A stretch of 40,645 nt of DNA, taken from the IMG/VR virus record IMGVR_UViG_3300017774_003848, positions 1 through 40,645 of that record; one strand, written 5' to 3'. Both the position numbers and the translations under genes were made by a program. This stretch comes from a virus (Duplodnaviria > Caudoviricetes). This document shows positions 20,539 through 28,575 of the stretch, piece after piece. The notes under the pieces were generated by a model. That model was not told the origin of the DNA. It saw nothing but the letters and a program-made list of their open reading frames with translations, and did no database searches. How positions within the stretch are numbered: the first letter of the stretch is position 1; every line of letters begins with the position of its first letter.

Positions 20539-21850
20539 TAGAGACACATACCGAAGTAAGAATGCGTTTAATTTTGAATCGGATGATTCTAAATTTCCAT
20601 ATGATGGTTATCAATTTTATGGAACTAAAAAGGCAGCTATATTTAATTACTCCAGCGAAGTATTCAGAAGAAAAAAAGCTAGTGGTACTGAGGGGCTTTA
20701 TTTGATAGATGGTGGTAATATACCATCAGATATGGCGAGTTCTGCTTCATATGGCGGACCTCCAAATCCTGAAGATCCCAGTCCAACAGTATCTTGTGGG
20801 CTTAACATAGGAACTGCTGGCAGACTGGAAGCTGTTACTGCTATTAACCTGTCGCCAAATAGAATTGCAGAAGTTCCGACTCCATGCGTAGCTCCAAAAT
20901 ATCCTTTGCCTGATATAAATCCAGAAGAAGGAAAAGATCAAAAGCCAAATTTTATGTACATGCCAATGTACCAGTATTCATGTAGTAAACATCCTAGAGC
21001 TGCTGGACTAGCTCATGAGGATAATTATGACTGCCTAAAAAAATCTATGAACGCTGGTAATGCTGAAGGGTTTTGTTGTGCTTCTGCTGCTGGTTGCATG
21101 AGTACTGTTAGATTTTTTAAAAAAACTGTAGATTTAAACGGGAATCCCGGATGGACTGAACTTACAAAAGTTTTTTTCCAAGTTGTTAGCTGCTTAGGTA
21201 GCACAGGAGGCAGTCCAATTGGATTACCCGCAGATGTCACTAAAGAAGGTTTTTATAGAGAAGAGTGTGGCTATCAGGTTAGTTGCAAATCTGGATATAG
21301 CTATGGTCTTGCTGGAACGGGCGATATTGGAAAGCTGGATGGTCCAACAGGGGCTGGCTGCGCGACTGAAAAGATTGGTGACAGTGCGTGGGTTCCTTAT
21401 CTTTTTGGCGTGACTAGACTATACAACATATCGGGCAATACCCAATGTGATAGCTGTAAGTCCCCCGGTGGTATAGTTAATATAAATGGATATACTGATT
21501 GTTTTTACTGTGAACAAAAGTGTTGGAAAGTTGATCCAGTAACAGGATTGGCTATTGCGCCCTGTGTTGATGCAGACGGTACAGTTTCTAAAAATAGAAT
21601 AAAAAAGAAATGCGGCGATGCTAGCACTGGTGGGGGGTCAGGAGGTTCGGGAGGTTCGCAGTTTTGTGCGTGTAATTTTACAGATACAATTGACTTTGGT
21701 GGAACAACGGGTACTGTATATGTAACATCGTTTATATATCCAACATATATGTTTGCTAACTGGTCGCCGATAGGATTAATGAGCAATGGCTCATTAGGAT
21801 CTACTAGTTGTAATGGTGAGTTTATTTATAATTGCGATGAAGTTTCTTAA
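20531..21850 (+). CDS. Cys/Gly-rich putative virion protein (~439 aa)
   Basis: ATG at 20531 overlaps the upstream stop (ATGGATAA). About 22 Cys, including CCxxxxxC, CDSC, CFYCEQKC and CAC, plus a GGGSGGSGGS linker. Confidence 0.55.
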   Translation: MDNRDTYRSKNAFNFESDDSKFPYDGYQFYGTKKAAIFNYSSEVFRRKKASGTEGLYLIDGGNIPSDMASSASYGGPPNPEDPSPTVSCGLNIGTAGRLEAVTAINLSPNRIAEVPTPCVAPKYPLPDINPEEGKDQKPNFMYMPMYQYSCSKHPRAAGLAHEDNYDCLKKSMNAGNAEGFCCASAAGCMSTVRFFKKTVDLNGNPGWTELTKVFFQVVSCLGSTGGSPIGLPADVTKEGFYREECGYQVSCKSGYSYGLAGTGDIGKLDGPTGAGCATEKIGDSAWVPYLFGVTRLYNISGNTQCDSCKSPGGIVNINGYTDCFYCEQKCWKVDPVTGLAIAPCVDADGTVSKNRIKKKCGDASTGGGSGGSGGSQFCACNFTDTIDFGGTTGTVYVTSFIYPTYMFANWSPIGLMSNGSLGSTSCNGEFIYNCDEVS

Positions 21851-21862
21851 GGAGATTATAGG

Positions 21863-22207
21863 ATGAAGATTTCAATAGATAAAAATTTAGTGAAAGAGTT
21901 GTTAGTAATGGAAGACTTTTTTAATAAAGTTCCTGAGTATTTTTATTTAAAAGAAGCAGGATCAAAGATTAATGAAGCGTTGGGTCAGCAAGGTGGATGT
22001 TCGGCTTGTACGGAAAATAATTTAATAAATCCAACAATTATGAACTTCTTGTCTCATACAGTTAACATGTATCTTGACTGCGGTGTTGATTCTTTAAATA
22101 AATTTAAACAGTTTGTTAAAGAATATAAAGATGGTGGTGATGATTTTCAGATTGGTGTTTTTTATAAAGAGAGTGACGAAGCAGAAGTTGTGGAGTTAAT
22201 CATATGA
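21863..22207 (+). CDS. Hypothetical acidic protein with a CSAC motif (114 aa)
   Basis: RBS AGGAG upstream, GGCSAC motif, ATGA coupling to the next gene. Confidence 0.65.
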   Translation: MKISIDKNLVKELLVMEDFFNKVPEYFYLKEAGSKINEALGQQGGCSACTENNLINPTIMNFLSHTVNMYLDCGVDSLNKFKQFVKEYKDGGDDFQIGVFYKESDEAEVVELII

Positions 22208-22428
22208 GCCGTATAGTTAATCTTGCTCAAAATTTTGGTAACTCCGTGATCAATCATCTTGCAGATGGTTTAAAGCAAGTACCCGAAGAGGAGTACAACA
22301 AGCGTCTCAACATCTGCAAAACTTGCGATAAGTATGATGCTCAATTAAATAGATGCACTGAATGTGGATGCTTTTTAAAGGTTAAAGCCTCATGGAACTC
22401 TGAAAAATGCCCATTAAATAAATGGTGA
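22204..22428 (+). CDS. Small six-Cys metal-binding protein (DUF6171-like, 74 aa)
   Basis: RLNICKTC...CTECGCFLKVKA......CPLNKW pattern. Confidence 0.7.
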   Translation: MSRIVNLAQNFGNSVINHLADGLKQVPEEEYNKRLNICKTCDKYDAQLNRCTECGCFLKVKASWNSEKCPLNKW

Positions 22429-22479
22429 TGTGTATTATATATTAGGTATACCAAACTTTTTCTACGTAGGAGGCTTTAA
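22429..22479 (+). promoter_or_regulatory. Candidate promoter plus strong RBS for the last structural gene
   Basis: Only gap over 20 nt inside the + block. Contains TGTGTATTATATATTAG (extended -10-like) and AGGAGG 6 nt before the ATG at 22480. Confidence 0.35.
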
Positions 22480-23556
22480 ATGGCGTCAATTTCGTTTCAA
22501 GTTATAGATGGAACTATCGGAGCTACGGGCTTCGGTAATGTCAATACAATTTCAGGATCAGGTCTTGGATTTTATGGAGCGGGTGGATTTGGATCTAGCG
22601 TTTCAACGACTAGTTATCAAGACAATACATTCATCACTAATGCTGATGGAACTGCCCAGTACGGCAGCGTTAGAAATGTTAAATTTTTATCAACTACTGG
22701 TTGCTTTGGCAAAGAAGCAAACGCTACTGGAATATTAACTCAGCTCAATGGTTCTGATACTACATTATTTATTCACTTTGATCACGCTACAGCCGTTAAA
22801 GTGCAAAATTGCCAATTAAGAATTTATGACAGAGCCAGCCCTGATAGTCCTGCTGTTGGAGTAATTACTAAAGTTGCAGAGGTAATTAATTTTGGCGCAG
22901 GTACAATTGGACAAGCTGCTGAAATAACTGGCACAGGCTTTGTAAACACTTGGCGAGCTACTCCGGGGGTGGGCGTTGGTAATGGGGGTGCTAATCCTAA
23001 TTTTGCGCCGTATGGATATGGAGATTCAAATTGGTGGGGTTCCCCTTGGCCTAGCGGAGATAATTATCTTGGAGTTCAAGGGACTGAAGGTCTTAGAACT
23101 AGTGTTCGCCCCGGCTATACTAACTCTGTAGGTATTAGATTTTCTAATTTTACAGATTATCAATACAATAGCGGATCTGGTAATCCTGATAGTTATTTCA
23201 CAACTAATGCTGTCACAGCTCCGGGATATGAAACTGTTGGTGGATCTGGAATAATTGTTCCATTGATGGATTCTCCGGGTAGTGATGGAAGATTATTGGC
23301 TGGTGCTATTAGATCAGGAGTTCTTAAGCCTAAGTATATTCAATATGTTGCTCCAACTGAGCAAGGTAAATATAACGGAGGAAGCACTGGTCCATCAAGC
23401 GGGGTTTTGGCGAATCTTAGTGGTTCTTACGGGTTGTTTGGCATTGGTAGTGGATACGATACTCGTCATACATGGAGAGTTGCAATATCAGCAAGGCCAT
23501 TAAGTATCGGAAGTAAAAAGCAGTATGGACTATATGTAAGCCTTGAATACTTATAA
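22480..23556 (+). CDS. Gly/Ser/Thr-rich putative virion protein (358 aa)
   Basis: Strong RBS and MASISF start. Very Gly-rich, with a C-terminal beta-strand motif HTWRVAISARPLSIGSK.YGLYVSLEYL. Confidence 0.55.
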   Translation: MASISFQVIDGTIGATGFGNVNTISGSGLGFYGAGGFGSSVSTTSYQDNTFITNADGTAQYGSVRNVKFLSTTGCFGKEANATGILTQLNGSDTTLFIHFDHATAVKVQNCQLRIYDRASPDSPAVGVITKVAEVINFGAGTIGQAAEITGTGFVNTWRATPGVGVGNGGANPNFAPYGYGDSNWWGSPWPSGDNYLGVQGTEGLRTSVRPGYTNSVGIRFSNFTDYQYNSGSGNPDSYFTTNAVTAPGYETVGGSGIIVPLMDSPGSDGRLLAGAIRSGVLKPKYIQYVAPTEQGKYNGGSTGPSSGVLANLSGSYGLFGIGSGYDTRHTWRVAISARPLSIGSKKQYGLYVSLEYL

Positions 23557-23650
23557 TCGCGAGATTAGATGGCGACCTTTTTGCTGTTTCGAGTCGCGAC
23601 TCATTCTCAAACTATAGTTGAAGACGAACAGCGGTAAACTATAGCGATTA
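23554..23650. other. Palindrome-dense intergenic element (candidate structured RNA or DNA site)
   Basis: TAATC-GCGA-GATTA hairpin, perfect GAGTCGCGACTC, AACTATAGTT, GCTGTT/AACAGC arms, terminal TAATCGC/GCGATTA arms and a direct repeat AAACTATAG. Confidence 0.45.
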
Positions 23651-23653
23651 AAT

Positions 23654-23685
23654 AAAAAAGCCCGGAGTGATCCGGGCTTTTTTTT
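23654..23685. terminator. Bidirectional rho-independent terminator
   Basis: AAAAAA-GCCCGGA-GTGA-TCCGGGC-TTTTTTTT between the convergent gene blocks. Confidence 0.93.
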
Positions 23686-24025
23686 AGACTTCTTTATTCT
23701 GGGTTTTATCCCACTTCATCCAGCCACCGTCAGGGAGCCAGTTATTATCGCTGTCCTTGCGTTTTGGGAAGATGCCGCCACCTTTCTTATGCTGGCCAAA
23801 CGCGAGCTTTGCAGAGCATTTTACGGCCTTGCAGCGCATCTCATAATAATCGTTGTCATCAACATTGCGAACAACAAAAGACAGATCAGTATTTCCGCAT
23901 TTTCCGCACTTGCTGATGCCAAAAATTTCTTCTAGCTTTGCAAGTTCTTTAAATACATCAGTAATCTTATCGCCATTAACGCTGATACTTATTCCATCTG
24001 GACCTTTTGTAATATTAAAACTCAA
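23684..24025 (-). CDS. Zn-ribbon hypothetical protein (113 aa)
   Basis: TTG start with AGGAG RBS; CGKC...CKAVKC motifs; C-terminal FPKRK...GGWMKW. Confidence 0.7.
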   Translation of the reverse strand: MSFNITKGPDGISISVNGDKITDVFKELAKLEEIFGISKCGKCGNTDLSFVVRNVDDNDYYEMRCKAVKCSAKLAFGQHKKGGGIFPKRKDSDNNWLPDGGWMKWDKTQNKEV

Positions 24026-24027
24026 TA

Positions 24028-24792
24028 TTAATCTCCTAATATTTCATGTGGAATTGGTTTACTGTTATTCTGATAATCATTCAATAGTTTGATCATATTA
24101 ATAGCAGTTTTCTTACTGACCTCATCTAAGCGAGAATATTCCTTCTCTCCTAGATTAATAAACTTCAAGACATCAATACTCATCTCACGACATTTATTGT
24201 TCAAGAGTTTAGTTTGTGCATCACTGATAGGATCTTCACCTTTATAAGTTCCATCAGTAGGTGCTGTTTTAATTACATCTCTCACTGCTTTTCCAACATC
24301 TTTATTACGAGTGATTTCTTCAGCCGCAACGCAACGTAGTTTAAGAGCTTTTCTTAGGCATCTACCTTCTGCTCTAGTAGCAGCAGTTGCACCCGGATAT
24401 GCTAAGAATAGATCGTCACAATTAATAGAAAATACTTCAGCAATATCACCAACTGTAATTAATCTTCCGTCATCATAAGAATCTAATGTTACTTCGTATA
24501 CTACAGTGATTCTTCCGGGGTTATTACCTGTTGAATCAGATGACAGGAACACTTGAGTCGGTTTGCTTTCTACAATCTTTCCAATCAATAGTTCTGCTAC
24601 ACGTCTAAGACCATAGCAGTTCGGATATCGCTCTCCATTGATTTCTACAAGTTCGTTATCAGTAAATTTTGACATGGCGTAATCATGCCATTCTGGAGAA
24701 GTCATTTCTGGTGCATCACTTGCAACCTCAATAACATCCCTAGCAGTCGAATCTGAACCAATATCAAATATACTATCATTTTGATCAATCAT
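24028..24792 (-). CDS. Putative single-strand annealing protein, Rad52/Sak-like
   Basis: GLRRVAE...A-TRAEGRCLRKAL...AAEE core, plus a C-terminal ISDAQ...LDEVSKKTAINMIKLL helical module typical of phage annealing proteins. Confidence 0.55.
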   Translation of the reverse strand: MIDQNDSIFDIGSDSTARDVIEVASDAPEMTSPEWHDYAMSKFTDNELVEINGERYPNCYGLRRVAELLIGKIVESKPTQVFLSSDSTGNNPGRITVVYEVTLDSYDDGRLITVGDIAEVFSINCDDLFLAYPGATAATRAEGRCLRKALKLRCVAAEEITRNKDVGKAVRDVIKTAPTDGTYKGEDPISDAQTKLLNNKCREMSIDVLKFINLGEKEYSRLDEVSKKTAINMIKLLNDYQNNSKPIPHEILGD

Positions 24793-25561
24793 TATTTAAC
24801 TCCAATTCTATTAGCCTATACCCCTCTGTGGGAAAGTTTTGTTCAATTTTGCTTAGCTCCGATATAACAAGATTATACAACCTTCTATTGGAGCTTAACG
24901 ACGCATTTTTTAAAATGTATTTAACTCTAATGATGCACATGCCACGGGAAAGCAAAGCTCCATTTTTTATAGCATCATACTTTATATTTCTGGCTAGATT
25001 TCTTTCTCCGTATACTGGCAAAAAGTGTTGTGGCCCATCAATCTCAATCGCGACTTTCAGCGAAGGCAAATATAGATCCACTTCAAATTTCTCGCCGGGG
25101 ATTAATCCAACCTTATGTATTATAACATCGTACCCCGATCTTGTCAACTCTTCGTAGAGGAATTTTTCTGCTTTAGACCCCTCTATACTAGCCCTTCTTA
25201 AAGCCTCTCCAGCTTTCTTTTGTCTATCTAATTTTTGCTCTACACTTTCTGTTTCCCATCTATCTCTAGCATTTTGCTTAAATTCGTCAAGTGCTGCGTC
25301 TGACATATTTTTCCATCTTTTGACTTGATGATCTGCAATATTATTTTTTTCTGCTTGGGTTCTTTTTTTTCCAAGCATAGGCGGCTTGAGCCTCCCTTTG
25401 TCGCAAGCCACTTTAGCACTGTCAGTTTTTGAACGGACTTCTTTTCCAATTTTTTTAAACTCGCGAAGAATTTTATTTGGATAAGTGTCCATCATTTCTG
25501 CTATTTCTCTTACGCTATGATTGTCGTCATAGAGTTCACATATTCTTTTTATATCAAGCAT
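24785..25561 (-). CDS. Vsr-like/DUF559 (EDxHD-type) endonuclease with HTH and NUMOD3-like N-terminus; probable free-standing homing endonuclease
   Basis: SVREIAEMMDTYPNKI (HTH), PMLGKKRTQAEKNNIA (NUMOD3-like), SKAEKFL...EVDLYL...AIEIDGPQHF...DAIKN...G..IIRV. Confidence 0.75.
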   Translation of the reverse strand: MLDIKRICELYDDNHSVREIAEMMDTYPNKILREFKKIGKEVRSKTDSAKVACDKGRLKPPMLGKKRTQAEKNNIADHQVKRWKNMSDAALDEFKQNARDRWETESVEQKLDRQKKAGEALRRASIEGSKAEKFLYEELTRSGYDVIIHKVGLIPGEKFEVDLYLPSLKVAIEIDGPQHFLPVYGERNLARNIKYDAIKNGALLSRGMCIIRVKYILKNASLSSNRRLYNLVISELSKIEQNFPTEGYRLIELELNND

Positions 25562-25995
25562 GAGTAAAGTTTATCCATATTTTCAGCTACAATAATATCT
25601 TTTCTACCAGTAAAGTTTTCAACATTATCTTTATGACTATTGCTTCTAACGACTATCTTAAATCTAGATAATAATTCTAGACAAAGCGGATAGTTTAAAA
25701 TAGAGTACAACCACGGCAAATCCCATAAATAAAGCCAGTTTTCAGTTGTGCTGCCCGTAGCAATAACCGTCTGTGCTGATTCAAGGTCAAAGCTAATAGT
25801 TTTTCCCGTCATACCACTAAGCCCTGAGATGTTCATGTTCAGGCAAGCCAGTGGCATCACAGGTGGTACAATATTATGATAAAATATATTAGGAACAATC
25901 ACATTACTAGATGTTGCAACGCTATTGGCTAGCTTTATCATTTCATAATTCTGTTCTGAATTACCCAAATTGTTTACTACAAAAGATAGATTCAT
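25549..25995 (-). CDS. Hypothetical protein resembling an isolated GT-B glycosyltransferase N-terminal domain
   Basis: MNLSFVVNNLG...IKLANS start, YLWDLPW and IVVRSNSHK follow the strand/helix order of GT4 N-domains. No C-terminal EX7E motif. Confidence 0.4.
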   Translation of the reverse strand: MNLSFVVNNLGNSEQNYEMIKLANSVATSSNVIVPNIFYHNIVPPVMPLACLNMNISGLSGMTGKTISFDLESAQTVIATGSTTENWLYLWDLPWLYSILNYPLCLELLSRFKIVVRSNSHKDNVENFTGRKDIIVAENMDKLYSCLI

Positions 25996-26750
25996 AAAAG
26001 CTCCTTCAATTTTTGCTTAATAATTTGCGATTCTTTGTCCATTCCAAGTTTTTCCAACAAAAAAGCAACCGATAAAAAGTTATTGTCTTTTTCAAGAATT
26101 TTATTTTTGATATCTTTGATTTTGTCTGTGTTGTTTGAATCTAAAGAATCTAATATATTATCTTGACTATTTAACGGATAAGATCCGCACAGAGCGGAGT
26201 TATAATAGTTGTTTCCTTTAGATAAGTTAATCTTAGAAGATGCATAGACGTTTTTTCTCAGTGCTGCTGGTATAAATCCACAAAAGTAGCGACTTTGTAC
26301 GTAGTTTTGTGAAAAAATTCTAAATACGACATCCTTGGGAAGCTCTATGCTTTCTATTCCTTGAATTGGAACGTCTTCAATTGAAACTATATCTGCCTTG
26401 TATTTATCATTATATTCCGATTTATGATATTCAAGCATGTCAGCATGGCCAGCTTCTTGAATCCAAGGGTAAATATCTCCAAATCTATTCACTAACAACT
26501 CTATAGATGGATGAGGTTTATCAAATCCATTTTTTTGGATTATACAAACTTTTAGAGCCGGCCTTTCCTCCATATTTTTGAACACCGATTCATTTAATAA
26601 ATCTGCATCTGCAATATATACATCTGGGTTTACTTTATCAAAAGTGTCAAACGTAGACATCATATTTTTATCATGTCTAGCAGCAGTAAACCCAGAATAA
26701 ATTGCTGGAGTTGCATATGATATTAATGTATTATCAACTAGTAATTTCAT
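25992..26750 (-). CDS. Divergent CgeB-like (GT-B) glycosyltransferase-related protein
   Basis: VNPDVYI and RKNVYASSKINL...NSALCGSYPL resemble the CgeB family pattern YxSSKIxLN...FEAAACG, but the conserved Glu is absent. Confidence 0.45.
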   Translation of the reverse strand: MKLLVDNTLISYATPAIYSGFTAARHDKNMMSTFDTFDKVNPDVYIADADLLNESVFKNMEERPALKVCIIQKNGFDKPHPSIELLVNRFGDIYPWIQEAGHADMLEYHKSEYNDKYKADIVSIEDVPIQGIESIELPKDVVFRIFSQNYVQSRYFCGFIPAALRKNVYASSKINLSKGNNYYNSALCGSYPLNSQDNILDSLDSNNTDKIKDIKNKILEKDNNFLSVAFLLEKLGMDKESQIIKQKLKELL

Positions 26751-27444
26751 TATTTATATCCTTTAAACTATCTATTTCTTTTATATAATTATTTCCAATA
26801 TTATAACATTCGAATGATCCGCCCATTTCTATTATCTTATTTATGATTTCAAAAGTTAATAAAAATTTTGTATTTAGATCTGGCTTGGCGAATATCTTTC
26901 TTAAAATCGCGGTCTCGTTTGGCGAAAGATACGCTATTTGACACCATTTTGTTGGTAGGTTATAAGATAGTACAGTAGCAATATTATTTACTACAGTGAC
27001 TCCAACTTCCTTTTCTTCAAATTTATTTAAATCGTCTATCAATAAGAATGATTTACTAAGATCAATTTTATCAAATATACCTTCGGATATTATTAAATCT
27101 CCGTGCATGAACATGATAGTGTCGTGGAGCGTGTTGTTTACAGCTAACCTAAGACTTTCTCCGTTGTTAGTTGATTCAAATAATTGATTTTCAACAACTC
27201 TAGCCGACTTGCCTATCTTTCTAATAACTTTGTTGCTTTCGCATCCAACTACTACAGTTATCTCGCATTTGCTAAATCGCTCTGTTAAAATTTCAATCTG
27301 ATTTTCTAGTATTGTTTTTTTACTAAATTTAAGCAAGCATCTTGGCTCATAGGATTTTGTTCTAGCTCCAACCCCAGCAGCTAGGATAACTGCTTGGATT
27401 GGTGGATAATTTTTTCCTTTGATCTTTCTAGTAAATCTACTCAT
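26734..27444 (-). CDS. NTP-transferase (sugar-/choline-phosphate nucleotidyltransferase, LicC-like)
   Basis: AVILAAGVGAR...PRCLL...TILENQI...VVVG...TNNGESLRLA...HGDL...EIDSLKD. Confidence 0.85.
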   Translation of the reverse strand: MSRFTRKIKGKNYPPIQAVILAAGVGARTKSYEPRCLLKFSKKTILENQIEILTERFSKCEITVVVGCESNKVIRKIGKSARVVENQLFESTNNGESLRLAVNNTLHDTIMFMHGDLIISEGIFDKIDLSKSFLLIDDLNKFEEKEVGVTVVNNIATVLSYNLPTKWCQIAYLSPNETAILRKIFAKPDLNTKFLLTFEIINKIIEMGGSFECYNIGNNYIKEIDSLKDINNEITS

Positions 27445-28067
27445 GCTATAAATAACGATTCGGGAATATGTGATACAATGGATTTACTATAAGAGTCATT
27501 TACAATATCTCCGTTTTGCATACTGGACTGTTCTGTGTCAATCACGCTAACCCTAAAGGCTATCTCTCCAATTGGAATTGACGTTTTGATCATCGGATGT
27601 ATAGTAGGTAAGTATAGCTGCTTTCCTCTCATTATGTAATCTGAGTAAACAGCTCCTACATATGGATCTTTAAGCTTATTTAAGAACTTGCCGATTCCTT
27701 CTGGCTTATATACAGATCCTTCAGTCAGAGTTAAGAATATATCAGACTTATTTTTTAAGTAATTTACAGCATAATAATTTGGATGTTTTGTCAACTGATT
27801 ATGCAAAATTAGATTATACATTGTGAATGTGCTGGATACTTTTTTAATTACTGTTTTATCAATTGCAATATCCTCTGAATACTCTCCTCCATCGCAGCAA
27901 CTTTTAAACATCGCATTGATAGATGCCATTCTGTTTTCACTGAGTTGACTAGTCGTAACCAAACAAAGATTATCGGGCTTAGTCTCGCTATTTAAAACGC
28001 TAACTATTGATCTGATTGCTTCGCTATCATTCGTAAATATCGGCAGTATTACTGTAGTAGATTTCAT
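27441..28067 (-). CDS. Divergent GT2 (GT-A fold) glycosyltransferase-like protein
   Basis: TTVILPIF...AIRSIVSVLN...PDNLCLV, VGAVYSDY and C-terminal HIPESLF match GT2 landmarks. The DxD position reads LTEGS. Confidence 0.55.
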   Translation of the reverse strand: MKSTTVILPIFTNDSEAIRSIVSVLNSETKPDNLCLVTTSQLSENRMASINAMFKSCCDGGEYSEDIAIDKTVIKKVSSTFTMYNLILHNQLTKHPNYYAVNYLKNKSDIFLTLTEGSVYKPEGIGKFLNKLKDPYVGAVYSDYIMRGKQLYLPTIHPMIKTSIPIGEIAFRVSVIDTEQSSMQNGDIVNDSYSKSIVSHIPESLFIA

Positions 28068-28575
28068 TTAATTTGTCCCAAGTTGTAATCATGTTTGGAT
28101 CTTTCTCTAAGACTTTTTCTTCAAATGTCTTAAAGATAACTTCTTCGGTTTCTTCGTTTAATTCGTATTTACTTCCTTTTAAATATTGATATATAAAGTT
28201 AAAGAAGCACATACCGTTAACAGATCTATCGTCTTCTTTGATTAGTGCGATCTTATTGCCGTCTGATATGTATTTGCGTAATAAGTCCGCATCATCGACA
28301 ATATTTTCTCCAACAACTCTAACAATTGTCCAGCCATTTTTATATTTAGAAAATTGATCTAGTTTATAAACATCTGAGACTTTTTCTAAATTATAAAGTA
28401 CATTAAAATTAACTTTATACTGATTTAAAATATCTATAATCTCATCATAATATTCTTTACACTCAGTAATAACTCCAACCCACATAGGATTGGAGTCTTT
28501 TATTGTTGACAATTGAGCTTTTAACGATTCAAAGCTGCCACCATCATTAAGTAGAAATATATAGCCTATTTTCAT
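28027..28575 (-). CDS. Hypothetical protein, possibly a degenerate GT-A fold
   Basis: KIGYIFL...LKAQLSTI...WVGVI...KNGWTIV echoes the GT2 N-terminal layout. Sits in the glyco cluster. Confidence 0.35.
   Translation of the reverse strand: MKIGYIFLLNDGGSFESLKAQLSTIKDSNPMWVGVITECKEYYDEIIDILNQYKVNFNVLYNLEKVSDVYKLDQFSKYKNGWTIVRVVGENIVDDADLLRKYISDGNKIALIKEDDRSVNGMCFFNFIYQYLKGSKYELNEETEEVIFKTFEEKVLEKDPNMITTWDKLNEIYYSNTADIYE

Noticed and set aside
22423-22452. dif-like Xer site in the AT-rich gap
   Set aside because: Poor match to the XerD arm TTATGTTAAAT; better explained as a promoter.
23583-23632. Hammerhead-like core on the minus strand (GCUGUU...UUGAGAAU-GAGUCGCGACUC-GAAACAGC)
   Set aside because: Stems II and III and GAAA fit, but the core would need both a U3-A8 variant and an extra nucleotide, stem I cannot be formed, and on this strand it lies beyond the terminator.
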